NCBI RefSeq assembly: GCF_018350175.1
Contig: NC_058368.1
Location: 108,254,001 to 108,318,000 of the forward strand
Source of the DNA: Felis catus
Lineage: Eukaryota
DNA length: 64,000 bases
Reading direction: 5' to 3'
How positions within the stretch are numbered: position 1 is the first letter of the stretch; each line of letters starts with the position of its first letter. The translations under genes and the position numbers were made by a program. The notes under the pieces are model-generated. The model had not been told where the DNA came from. It worked only from the letters and a program-made list of their open reading frames with translations, and made no database searches. Below, piece after piece: positions 25,883-38,200 of the stretch.

Positions 25883-27963
25883 CTAAATGAGAAAAAACAA
25901 GTGATCAAACTACAAAACAAAGAAATAGGTAGGGGTATGTGGTCAGGGAGAAGACAAAGAAAAGCATAAAAACAGCAAAAGACAGTGAGTAGCAATCTCA
26001 GTTTCCATCTATGTGGCTGTAATGATGCCAATCTCCTACACACCTTCCCTCCATATTCACTCACCTACCTATCTATACTGTACCAACCCACCTCCAAACT
26101 CAAGAAATTGGAAGTCAAAATCAGGACTACTGAGGAAACTAGTCCAAATATGTACCTGCCCCACGTTCTCACATAGTTGTAAGCATTTAATAAAACAAGG
26201 AGAAATTACATGTATTTCAAAATAGTAAAAAGCAGACATCTTGAATTTCTCAACTTCTTTTTAATCCTGTGTCTCCTTTTTTAATGAACATAAATATTTT
26301 ATGGCCTGATCTGAATGTCTAGAATATCACCTTGAGGTAGGAGTGGGGGAGGGGAATCAAGACTCAAGAGAAAGAATTCTTTTCTGCTTTCTCCAACCAC
26401 ACATACTTACCCTAGATATACTGAATAATACCTAAGGAGTCTTGCCCCAAGTTGAAAGCAATTATTTTCATATTTTTTAGTAAATACGAATTTAATCTTA
26501 TACCTGGTTTCCTTTTTCTTCACCAACTTTGAAGAATATTGTATTAAACAGCAAAACTGACAAATTTATAAAAATGTGTTCTGAAAAAAACAGCATCTGC
26601 CTGTTTTAAATTGTTCTCTGACTTACTGCACAGCAGATATAGCAAGAGACATTTTCTTTTGCATTTTCTGGAATAAAGGGGTAGAGATGGAATGAGATGG
26701 AAGCATCCAAAAATAAATCTGCAGCATGACAGTTAAATGTACATTATGTCTGTTTTGATAACTGTTAGAAAAGTAAACAAAACCTCTTTTATTTAGAAAG
26801 AAAAGAAAATGCCAGTAGGTCTCAACGAAGCAAACAATTATTTTCCTGTTCACTGGACAAATGAGGTTCAAGAGATACATGACTTTCAGGACAATCCCTA
26901 GAAATCTCATTAAGAAAAACTACAGGTTTTATATTCACATATAACTCAAGTCACTAAAGAAAAAATCTGTTGAACAATAACCATAATGAGTAGTTCCACT
27001 AATTATTTCAAAAAGAAAAATTAAGACCAAGAATATGGCTGATTTATATTTGCCTTATGGGACCAGGCACAGGACAAGTTGAGATAAGTCAGTCTTTTGA
27101 CCTGTGACCACTCACCACTACTTTCTCAGTGCCCTTTATGAATTGACTGGTAATTTTCAAGCGTACCATGAAAACGGATGTAGTAAATTTAAAAATATAT
27201 AAATATAAACATATATAAATTCTTCCTCAAAAGAAAAAATCATTGCTCTTTTATCCTAGGGGATAGACCTGCTTTACTGTTTTAAGAGTAATTACATCCC
27301 TGTATCTGTTAGATCAGTATTTCTCAAATATAATCAGCTCTAAGAATCACCTGAAGGGTTATTAATATATATATTCTTGGGCTTATTTCTGGCAATTCAG
27401 TATTTATGAGGTTTGTGGTAGACACAGTAACTACATTTTTAACAAATTTCCACATGATTTTCACTTGCTGTTTTAGACTATCTCCTCTTCCTCCTCTGGG
27501 CCAGAGATTTATATGAAAAACGGATAAAATTAAAAGTGTGGACAAGATGCAGCTTCTTGCCTTCTTTTTCCCTTAGCAGGTAAAGTAGTTGCAGTAATAA
27601 GAACAATAGAATTCTGAGGTACAGGTGGTGATATGATCATTCCTGGGTGTTCTCAAGAGAAAGTAAATACTGATTTTTAAAAAGTACCTCTACTTATTTC
27701 ATTCACAGTAGGAAATAAAGCCAACTACAGAAAACAAGAGTATAAATTTTACTAACATTAGGAAAATAACATGTACAAATAAGGCACTTTATATAAATAT
27801 GACTTTGTTGCTAGAGTACCTTTAACACTAATCATAAAATGCCTATATCAATCATATTATACACTAAGTTTTCTGACTAAAATTTGTTCAATAAATAACT
27901 TAAGCTACATTTACATTAATAAATGAAAACAAATTCCACACTAAAATTAAGTAAGGAACTCCA

Positions 27964-28445
27964 TCAGATTGTCTTTCTCCTTTTAGACTTGAATCGCGTA
28001 TAGAAGCAGTTTAAAGTGTTACTGTTGCCTCGGCTATTTGAACTGAAGATGTCTTTCCCTTTCTCATCTTTGATGTTGCTTCCAACATCCTTCACTTTCT
28101 CACAGCTTTCTGTAGCTTGATTGTGATCTGCGTCCTCTTTTTTGCTGTTGGCTAGTCTCTCCCTTGAAAGAGTTCTTTCCCTAAATCTTCTAAACGGGGA
28201 CGTCACTCTTTTTCTGGCTGTGTTCTCACAACTTGTCCTGTCTCTATCCTCCTCAGTGGCCTTCTCGGTCCTGTCTGTCCTTTTGGCTGTGCTCCTGGTA
28301 ATCTGAAGGATTTTCTTTTGCAAGTAAACCCCGCCTATGCCGGGGCAGCTCTGGCCACTGATCTTGGTGCTGGACTCACGGGGAGGGGATGAGGAAGACC
28401 CTGAGAGGCGCAGCAGGATGCTGAGATCAGATAGGATACTGCCAA
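27964..28445 (-). CDS. RAPGEF6: RAPGEF6 alternative terminal coding exon (short isoform, PDZ-GEF2B-like C-terminus ending …RFKSKRRKTI*)
   Basis: Pyrimidine tract and acceptor catctctccctccag|TT in phase 1, matching the 30952 donor; open for 160 aa (VGSILSD…KISGQSCPGIGGVYLQKKILQITRSTAKR…) to TGA at 27964-27966; resembles the C-terminus of the human short isoform as I recall it. Confidence 0.85.
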
Positions 28446-30951
28446 CTGGAGGGAGAGATGCAAAAACCCTGTCACGGTCAATTAATTCTTTCCAATTAAT
28501 CACAATTAGCTTGGTTTCTATTACAGAGTATTTTGTTATTAAAAAAATTCAAACATTTTAACAATACTGGAAAAACTGAAATCTAGTAATGTATTTCTTA
28601 AAGGACAGAAGTCTACAATATACCATAAATACTTCAGTCATTGCAAAACAGAACATGGGAGAAAAATTACCTTAATCAGAACAAGCTGGTAATAAAATAT
28701 TGTTGAAAGTAAGCCAGGGTGGTAAAATCATAAGGAAAAATATGACAAGAGTATCAGGTAACCAGAATTATTTCTCAAAAGCAACTATGTCTATAATTTT
28801 CAGGCAGATTCTACTAAGAAAAAGCTTGGTAAAAAGCCAGACAGGACATATAAATACTAAGTACAATATAAGTATTTATAAAGCACCATTTCTGATCCTG
28901 TTTCATCTCCAAGGTGGAAAGGTTGCCCTCCTTATGTACTGAGGAAGATGGAGGTTAAGACTGCCTGATGTCATTTTTTAGAAGTTCTTACTTATATAAA
29001 TTCCCCTTATAAAAAATAGGAATCTAGGCTTATTTCCTTGAATGTTAAAAAACAGAACACTAATTCCAAAGTTTAGCAAGAACCAGAAACAGATCCTACT
29101 ATTGTACTCTTAGTTTAATAACATTTTTGTTCAGTTACAGACTACTGGCAAGACCATGTCTATGGAAACAAAAAGAAATCCAATAACTGGTTGGGGTTTT
29201 GGTAAAGCATACTGTACAAACAATTAGTAACAGTTTTAAAGATAATAAACTCCTCAGGTTTCCAAAGATTCTCAACATGCCTATGATAGGCTCCCAAAGC
29301 TATGAATGTCCAGGTCAATTGCTGGCCACATACTGAAAGACACTGTGGCAAAGACTCTCTATTCTAGTGGTGAGAGTAGATTTTCTGTTGAGAATGAGAG
29401 CAATGGGGAAATTCTTGTTCTCACAAGTAACGTTCAGGCAAGAACACCAAATCCAATCAGCTAGTTTCCTAGTTAGAGAACTGTCTATGATGGGACTTCC
29501 GATTAGTCTCCCCAAGGGGCGGAGGGTATAAAGATGTGCCTGAAAGAGGATTAAGAACACACAGCCACTGTTCATTAGGACCATCTGTGTGAATGGATGT
29601 GGTAAGGAGCACCTCGGAGGGCACCAGGCACACAGTAAGAGGATGAAACAGACTGTACTTCACAAAATCACATGTGAGCTACATACCACAAGATCAGAGA
29701 CCTGTGTTTTAAAAACATACCTGTTAATATATATTGTTTATACATCCTGTTTAATTTTTACTAATCTTTTCTGAGTAAAATCTGAATGAAAATTCCAGCT
29801 TCTCTCAGCTATGTGAAGGAGAACAGGAAACGTTAGAATGAAGCTAAGTTACCCTGGGATGGCAGAAGGGACAAAGAGGACACACTTCAATTTACTAAAC
29901 ACTTATCGTCTATCAGGCTTTATAAATACTATTTCGTTTAACCCTTGTATAAGGTCCCTAAAATAGCTGGTCTTTGTTCAGCTTATAAATTACCTGGGCT
30001 TAGTAATGCAGCTGTAGTGGGGAACAGAGTTAGAATTCAAGCTCTGGTCTGACATCACTTACCATATCACTGCCACAAATATGGCAAATAATAAAAAAAG
30101 AGCTCGCAAAAGTGGGATCAAACTTAGAACATGGGAGCGGGGGAAAGCTCTGGAAGCTTTTCATTCCTGCTAGAATTCATAAGGTTTTCTTCGCCAACCC
30201 CATGTGCCCTCTTGTACTGTGATTATTTAAACATGTGATTCTTTTACATCCAGGAAGATGATGCCAGAACTAAGGAGACTTTTTAACCATCCAGTGCAAG
30301 AAATACACACACCATTTAAAATACTACACGTGCAGCTAACGTGAAATTGCATTTGCATACACACTACCCAGTCTACTCAAGACAAAAAAAGCTTCACTGT
30401 GAATTACGAAAATGTAGGTCAATGAACAAGACCGATTTCAGGCATTTTACATCAAGAGGTTCTCTTTAAGTGTGATGTAAAATCCACAGGGCTATAAGTT
30501 ATTTTAAATCCTGATTACTAAAAAGGTAATAATATTCCATTACTAAAAAAAGGAACATATCAACCTAAATATGCTTTTTTCCCCCGAATTTTGTAGGTGG
30601 TTAAAACCAATTTATTGTAGAAATTCGTATTTTAAAATACTCCACAGAAATGTTTAAAAAATTGGAAATTTGAATACCACCACCAAGAATCTGCAAAGAA
30701 TGAAGTGACTGTGACTTCTGCCTTCATTCTTATCTATGCATGTCCACTCTGAATACAGAAGTCCTAGCATATATAAGGCACAACACCTGGAGAGCATCTG
30801 AATAATTCAAACTAAAACATGAAAGTTCAAAAAGTATCAGGAGGTACGTGTTTCTTCACTTTCTATTATCACTAGAGATGGAAAAAGCAAATTATGTGTC
30901 ACAAAGCGTTGCTTGGTGTAAGAACAACTAGCTTAAACTGTTACGTCTTAC

Positions 30952-31086
30952 CTTTGCGAGGAGAGCCTTGAGGAGATGCAGGAGGACTAGAATGTAAGGA
31001 TGATGCCACAGAGATCGTATCTTCTGGATGTTTCTTACCAATTATTTCTTCAGTTGTCCCTAAAACTTTCTGAGGTAAATTTGTAC
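30952..31086 (-). CDS. RAPGEF6: RAPGEF6 coding exon (135 nt; absent from ORF track)
   Basis: Acceptor ttttcag|GT, donor AAAG|gtaaga; encodes TNLPQKVLGTTEEIIGKKHPEDTISVASSLHSSPPASPQGSPRK; phase 1-1. Confidence 0.93.
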
Positions 31087-31760
31087 CTGAAAATAAAACC
31101 CAAGAAGCAAGTAAGCATCACTTCACAATGAAAATATCTGTAAGGTGCCTAATACGCTACGTAACTAAAGCCATGATGCACAATGGCTAGTGTAGTCACC
31201 TGAAATGTGTAAATGACAAACAGGGACTAAATGACTGGGTAATAGCATACAGAGATTCTCACCTCTAGGTTACTGGTTCCAATTCAGCTAGTCAGCACAA
31301 ACCACATTATAACAGTTCTTTGTTGTCTGTTTTGTGGCGTAAGGGAAACCGATTTAATGGTTTGAGTATAGTGTCCCAGCCCCCACAATTAACACATTTG
31401 TCAGAAGTCTTAATAGGGAAGGTATGGATTCCAACTCTTCTCTCCCCTCTAGAGGTGGCCTCTCCAAGTCAGGGTGAGGCACGTGGCCAGGGCAGTGTAG
31501 GGATGCTGGCACTGTCACTTGTCACTACCTGTGGGCATATGGAAGAGGCTGCCGGGCTGCCAGTCCAGCCCTTTTCAATAGGACTAAATTCACACTATAG
31601 GAGAAAAGTAGACAACAGAAAGAATCATGAATTTATAGAAAAATAGTATGGAGCCCACTGGAAACATGCTGCAAAGTTCTATCTTTACTCTTGTTGAACA
31701 GACGTTCCTGTTTAGCATAGGTCAAACTTAGCAATGGTTTCACGATACTGACATTTTTTT

Positions 31761-31979
31761 TTTTTAATTTTTTTTTTTCAACGTTTATTTATTTTTGGGA
31801 CAGAGAGAGACAGAGCATGAACGGGGGAGGGGCAGAGAGAGGGAGACACAGAATCGGAAACAGGCTCCAGGCTCTGAGCCATCAGCCCAAAGCCCGACGT
31901 GGGGCTCGAACTCACGGACCGCGAGATCGTGACCTGGCTGAAGTCGGACGCTTAACCAACTGCGCCATCCAGGCGCCCC
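31761..31979 (-). mobile_element. Young CpG-rich SINEC_Fc
   Basis: Perfect TSD ACGATACTGACATTTTTTT at 31742-31760 and 31980-31998. Confidence 0.95.
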
Positions 31980-32604
31980 ACGATACTGACATTTTTTTAT
32001 TATAGATCTTCTCTAAGAAAAGTCAAAGAGCTATCGACACTATTGTAATCAGTAAAGTAAGCCCAACTTTGATGGGCATTTGTCATAGTAACAAGCGGCC
32101 CTTTTTAACAATGCAGAAATTTAAAATTTAAATCACGGTATACTCACACTACTCTTAATTAAGTGCTTTTTTAATATGAATACATTTATCACATAAATAA
32201 CAGCCATATTACAACAAGCAAAAAGAGGGCTACTTAGAGTTAATACTGCCTCTTGGGTGATGACATCCGAGTAAGAAGCCAGACCTACACCTCTCCTATT
32301 TCTCACTTGACTAGCATATTGACTGATTTCATCAATTTTGTACCCAATTATTTCCTCATCTCCCCAACCATCAAACTAGCTTGGGCTCTGAGCAACGTCC
32401 AGTGAATTGTTTTATCAGCCCTCCTTTTGGACTGTCTATCTGCAGTCTCACTGCCCTCCCTACTCTAGTTCTTCTCCAAATATAAAGTGGACCATAACCT
32501 TCCCCTGCTCAAATGTCTGCAACAGCTACCCACGGACAACTGTCCTTTGACATGCCATATTAAAATTTCAGCATGCCTAGGACTTCACTTCTTGTCATCC
32601 TGGG

Positions 32605-32860
32605 AGGCTGTTTAATATGATGGTTGAAAAAAAGGACTTTAAAGCCAGTTAGCCTGCAATCAACTCCCACCTCCATCACACACTGGCAGTGTGTAAGTTA
32701 CTGAGACCTTCTTTGTTTACTCTCTAAAACAAGAGTATTGCCTATCTTATAGGGTTATTATGAAGATTAAATGAACGTAATGAACTTAGTAAAGCATAAA
32801 GCACTCAGAACTGTGTCTGGCACTCAGGCGGTACTCTGTAGGTGGTAGCTTTAATTATTA
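32605..32860. mobile_element. MIR, with L2-like sequence at ~32300-32600
   Basis: cctatcttatagggttattatgaagattaaatga…taaagcactcagaactgtgtctggcac MIR core. Similar MIR cores lie near 39390-39590, 41880-42070 and 58255-58455. Confidence 0.7.
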
Positions 32861-33788
32861 TTGTCTCTCAGCACTCTTTCTGCAGCTCTACACTCAGAGG
32901 CAGCAAACTGCCAGTAGCTCCTTGCAGATACCATGCTTTTTCTTTGCTTGAAGCAATTTCTCTGCAGTCTTTGCCTCATTACCTCCCTCTTGATCAAGCC
33001 TTAAAACTCTGCTTAGGTGTTATCTCCACAAAGCCTGCTCTGAAGTTCCACTTTATACTTAGCTCTGTGTGCTCCAGAAACTTCCCATTTTTTGTTTTTT
33101 TATATGCTCTGAACATACTCTAGGCATAAAAGCAAACATATTATATTTGTTACTGGTTTGTGGGTCTATAGTACCAAAATGGAAACCTGGCAAAGGCAAG
33201 GAGTGGGGGGCACTTCTTATTCAACTTTGGATCTCAAAACAAAATCAAATAAAATTCACAAAGTTCTACTAAATATGTCCTAAATGTGTAATGCATGGGT
33301 TAAACGCTAATGTTAGGAACCAAACTAAATGTAGCTTCTTTTCTACATGGCCTAGCAGAGGAGGGATAAAGCATGGTCTATACTTTATAAACTTTACAAT
33401 CTTTTCTTGTCTCCTCACTAGATTTTTGAGAAGTGATCATGAATGTAAAAACAATATACATTTTTAGAATAAGCAACCTCATTCTCATAAGTTGCAGGTG
33501 CGTTAGGTAAGTGTTCAAATGCACCTCTGAAAGCAGCAAACGCTTGGTACCTAGGCATATTGCTCTAAGTTTTCTGTTGCTAGGACTACAGGAATTCCAA
33601 TTATCAGCATTTAAGATATTTATGCTGTTATCAAATACCTAGAGGCAAACAAACATCTTTCAATTCATGAATGACAATTATATGAACTATACTAGCTGAT
33701 CTTCTGAGCATTTATATTTGTAATTATTTTTCATTCTAACTCCCCTGGAAATTTTAATTAAATCAATGCAATAATTGTGAATACTCAC

Positions 33789-33980
33789 ATAATGTGGCGG
33801 GGTCTTTTGCTTGTCCCTTCTTCCTGATGGGGTGCAAATTAACAGCTGGCACTTGGAGTGCCTGGCTCACTCTGTGAGGCTGATGCAAATGTGCTTTAGC
33901 TGTTTGGCCCGCTGATCTCATAGGCACTGGAGACATTTCTGATGACTTGGCCGATCTTTTCTCATTGAAATTCTTAGTCA
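33789..33980 (-). CDS. RAPGEF6: RAPGEF6 coding exon (192 nt)
   Basis: Acceptor ttctattag|TG, donor TTAT|gtgagt; encodes (L)TKNFNEKRSAKSSEMSPVPMRS…KDPATL; phase 1-1. Confidence 0.92.
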
Positions 33981-34799
33981 CTAATAGAACAGAGTAAGAA
34001 TTATGTAACTGTGTACTTTTTTAGGCAAGGTTATCACTAGTGACAATAATGACTGCATTAAAACCTATTTTTAACAGAAAAAATACAACAGATTAATCTT
34101 CCTAAAAATAATTTCATGTATTATAAAACATGACTTCTAAAATGTCTGTAGAATTAAGTTGCTTCCTCCATACATTCTGAACCCATTAACTTAAATGGTC
34201 CCCTTTCCACCATAACAGTGACAGCCAAGTTTACATCCTCTCATCTACACTACTGAAATACTTCCCTGATTGGATCAATTCTAGTCTATGACTTCAAGCC
34301 ACTCTCAACAGAACAGCAGAGTGCCTCTTCCAACATGAAAACCGGATCATACCAGTTTCCTTCTCCAATTTTATTCTATCAGAAGTTTATCAAGTTCTAA
34401 GTATCCTATTGGAATTTTTATTGGCATAACATTTAATCATATATATGTGTAAAATAACATCCACTGTGTAAAATAACAGCCACTTACAACTTAATCTTTT
34501 TTGATTGTTACAATATAGTGTAATTTACCATTTTTGATTTCTGCTTTTACAACTCATGATTTCCTTGACCCAGACACATATACCCTATGTTGTTCATATG
34601 GGTATTCTTGGCTTTCACAAGTTGTATTACTCCATTTTGCTTTTACGAAATACCTACATTAGAAATTAGCCCAAATAGCCCAAATAAATTCAAAGAGGAT
34701 TCTTGCTTACAGAGGCAATGTAAGAAGCAGTGAGAAGAGAACCAACAAGCTACTTTCCCAGAAACTACACTCAGCACCTCAGTATCAAACTGCTACCTT

Positions 34800-35024
34800 A
34801 AAAAAAAATTTTTTTAATGTTTATTTATTCTTGAGAGAGAGAGACAGACAGAGACAGTTTGAGTGGGGGAGGGTCAGAGAGAGAGGGAGACACAGAATCT
34901 GAAGCAGGCTCCAGGCTCTGAGCTGTCAGCACAGAGCGTGACGCAGGGCTTGAACTTACCAACTGTGAGATCATGACCAAAGCTGAAGTCGGACGCCTAA
35001 CCAACTGAGCCACCCAGGCGCCCC
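34800..35024 (-). mobile_element. SINEC_Fc
   Basis: Reverse complement of the SINE consensus. Confidence 0.9.
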
Positions 35025-35564
35025 TAAACTGCCATAACTTTAAATTGTGTCTGTGAGCCTGTGTGCTCTATCTAGATTTATTCTGTGTATCTGTTAGTAA
35101 GACGTGTCCTAAAGTATCAGAAAAGCCTAACAGAGGTTATTTTTTTGGATCTGGGAACACTCAAATTTTTTTCCATAGAAATTAATGGTAACTGCTTCTT
35201 CCCTTTATGTCATTTTGGCCTACAAAATGTTTCATGGGAATGTTCTACTTACAAATGGTGGGGGAAGCCTATGTGTAATTAAAAAATTTTGAGAATAGGC
35301 TCTCCTTTTTCCCCCACATAATTCCAGTATTTTAACAATATGAGAATGTGCCTCTATTTTCTTAGTTCACCTTACTAACACCTATTGTTTATAAGGCTTT
35401 CAATTAAATTTCTTCCATTTCCTAGTTGGCAAATATCTATGAAATTTAACGAAGATAAAAGTTCACTTAGTTTCACTCTGTATTTAGGGATGAAGATAAA
35501 AATGTCCTCAAACTGAAGGGCTCCTCTATAATGTTCCAGTTTTTATAAGAAGACTTTCTAATGA

Positions 35565-35603
35565 TTTTTTTAAACGTTTATTTATTTCTGTGAGAGGCAG
35601 AGA

Positions 35604-35638
<35 letters not shown>

Positions 35639-35970
35639 CGCGCACGTGCGCGAGCGCATGCATGAGCAAGAAGGGGACGGGCAGAGAGAAGACAGAGGAT
35701 CCAAAGTTGGACATTCAACCAAACAAGCTACCTAGGGGCCCCAACTTTCTAATAATTTTTTAAAAATGTTTATTTATTTATTTTTGAGAGAGAAAGAGAG
35801 AACACAAGTAGGGAAGGGGCAGACAGAAAGGGAGACAGAATCTGAAGCAGGCTCCAGGCTCCAAGCTGTTAGGGCAGAGCCCGACGCAGGGCTTGAACTC
35901 ACAAACTATGATGAGATCATGACCTCAGCTGAAGTCAGATGCTTAACTGACTGAGCCACCCAGCCTCCCC
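35565..35970 (-). mobile_element. Two tandem SINEC_Fc copies (35565-35742, internally deleted; 35757-35970)
   Basis: Two tails and two heads; target sequence tctaat(g/a)(a/c)ttttt occurs three times. Confidence 0.88.
35604..35652. repeat. (GT)n(GC)n compound microsatellite
   Basis: 49-nt uninterrupted purine/pyrimidine alternation, read directly. Confidence 0.95.
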
Positions 35971-36192
35971 TCTAATGCTTTTTAAAGAATTCTTCAACCC
36001 TCAGTTTCCTACACATGGCAATTAGGAACGGATGGAATTCAGTATCCAGATAAGAGATCATTTGACGCTTGGGATGTCAGAAACCTTTTTGAGAGAAAGT
36101 TAATTTTCACTGGACTTAAGCTTAACTGTAAAGATATAATGTCTATTTTGTTGTACTATTTAACATCACATTAAGTGAAAACTTGTACTTAC

Positions 36193-36413
36193 AGGTACCA
36201 TAGGCAGGCTCCCACTGCAATGACATCATCTGAAACTTTTCCTCATCTGTGTCTACATCCAGACTGGAAAGATACTGCTTCACTTTTCTTGCCATTTGGG
36301 CATCCTCGTATAGCTTCTTGGCGTTGAGCAGAGAGCTGCGGCGTGCCCTTTTCTTGTGAGCACCTCCTTGAACATCTAGCATGTTAGAGTTTGTGCTGCC
36401 TTGACTCAATGAC
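36193..36413 (-). CDS. RAPGEF6: RAPGEF6 coding exon (221 nt)
   Basis: Acceptor cctacag|G, donor ACCT|gtaagt; encodes [40 protein letters not shown]…EPAYGT. Confidence 0.95.
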
Positions 36414-37499
36414 CTGTAGGATGATGGATATCACAATGAGGGACAGTAAAGATGAGAACTACACATGGCAGATTGAAGATTAAAAGAATTTTGTTCTGTT
36501 AATGCTACTGCATGCTGATGCAAATGAGTTAAAAGATGAAGAGCATTAATGCAAAGTAATATGGCACACATGGCTATGTTCTAAGTTTTAAGATTCGGCA
36601 AAGTGCAGAATTCAAAAGAGTAAGATAATATTTTTTCCTCCTCCCTCCAACCCCATGCCCCAGCAACAAATTCCATGAAATCTGTGTTTGTGCCTATGCA
36701 ATCCATGGCACAGCTGGGACAAGTAAACAGCAGCCCAGGAGGCCATCCAAACTCTGAAAATATGGCAAGAGTCTGAGTCAGAACAAGTCCATCCTTAGCC
36801 AGATCTCTATACCAGGATTCTTGAGCAAGGGAGTTTCTACAGGAGCTTTGCTTATCTGTGCTGCTTCTTTGGACATGCCACAGCCATCACCATTCCTATC
36901 TACAGCAGGCCACTCTTAGAAAGCTAACCAATTTTACCACTAAGTGTTTTGGCCAAATTCAAAGAGAACAACCAAAAAGAAAAATAGGCATTTATACTCA
37001 ATTCCGTAGAGTCAGAGACCAGAAGTACAAGAGAAAGCTCAATCTCCCACTCACACTTGGAATGGTTAGGCAATATGTGGTTCTGGACTGAGGATCTGGG
37101 ACTTGGGAACTTTCTTTGCAATGCCTCTGCGATGAATTGCAAGCTGGGTAGAAATAACCACAGTTCAAACAAACTATAGCTTCACCCAACCTCTTTGTGG
37201 CAAACCTCATTCTATAATGGCCACATCTGGAACCAATGGAAAACAGGAAAAGCAATGCTATTTGTCCTTTCTAATGAGGCTAGAAACACGAAGTTCTTAA
37301 ATGATTTTTATTCTAAATGCAGTTCTCACTCCAAAATAATAAAGTTATCTAAAGGTTATCTAAACGAGCCTCATATTTACCCTAAAATATTCTAAATACA
37401 CAGATCATAAAGAACAATTTGTTCTGCAGTGCTCACATACTATTTAAAACCGACAATAAAACCCTAATGTGTTCATTGTAAATTAAGCAAAACAAAAGT

Positions 37500-38200
37500 T
37501 GTAAAAGTGTCACAGTATTTTTTTCTTTCACAATTTTAATATCTTTGAATTAAGATGTGTCTTACATTTGAAAGCAACTTTTGATTGCTGCTGGTCAGGC
37601 AGAATCTGTGACATGGTTGTCACTACTTGTACACACAGAAACTTCAAAACTTGAAGAATGGTTGGGAAGAAAATCCAACAACATTAGTGAATTACTCTTT
37701 TAATTTCCAGTAACCAAATGATTTTAAGAAGGTAGTGGATGTGACATGTTCAACAACATTCTCAGAGCAGCTGTCAAAAAGAGGACAGCTCTAAATATAT
37801 GCAAAGCCAAGCTAAGAGCCCAGCACCAGCAGCTTTTACTTCTTTAATGGCTTGTTTTAAGAAATACTTCATTACCAATACAGTTGATGGCACAAAAGAA
37901 AATACCGTGCAGAGAAAAACACCCAGAAACTAGTAACTCAGAAGATTCATATTCTAAATATGAGTGAGTTTGACAGAGATCTAAATAAACCAATTTAATG
38001 TGCTCACATTTTTCTTTTAATGAATGTAAAAGGGTGTTATGTGATAAAAATACCTATCTAAGTTTACGTAAGAGCTCTTTTAAATAAGCATAAAGTAAAA
38101 CATTTTCAGTGGTAAGAAGGCACTTAAGTGATTTTTTCTTAGTGGTACATAAAATAATGGTGTGTCCAACAATCGATGATGTCTTAGATTCAAATATATG
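37500..38200. mobile_element. Possible old TcMar-Tigger-like DNA transposon remnant
   Basis: ttttcttagtggtacataaaataatggtgtgtcc…gatgatgtcttagattc resembles recalled Tigger termini; family uncertain. Confidence 0.4.

Noticed and set aside
27964..27975. Alternative tail …RKTI as a class I PDZ ligand
   Set aside because: Position -2 is Lys, not Ser/Thr, so it does not fit S/T-x-hydrophobic.
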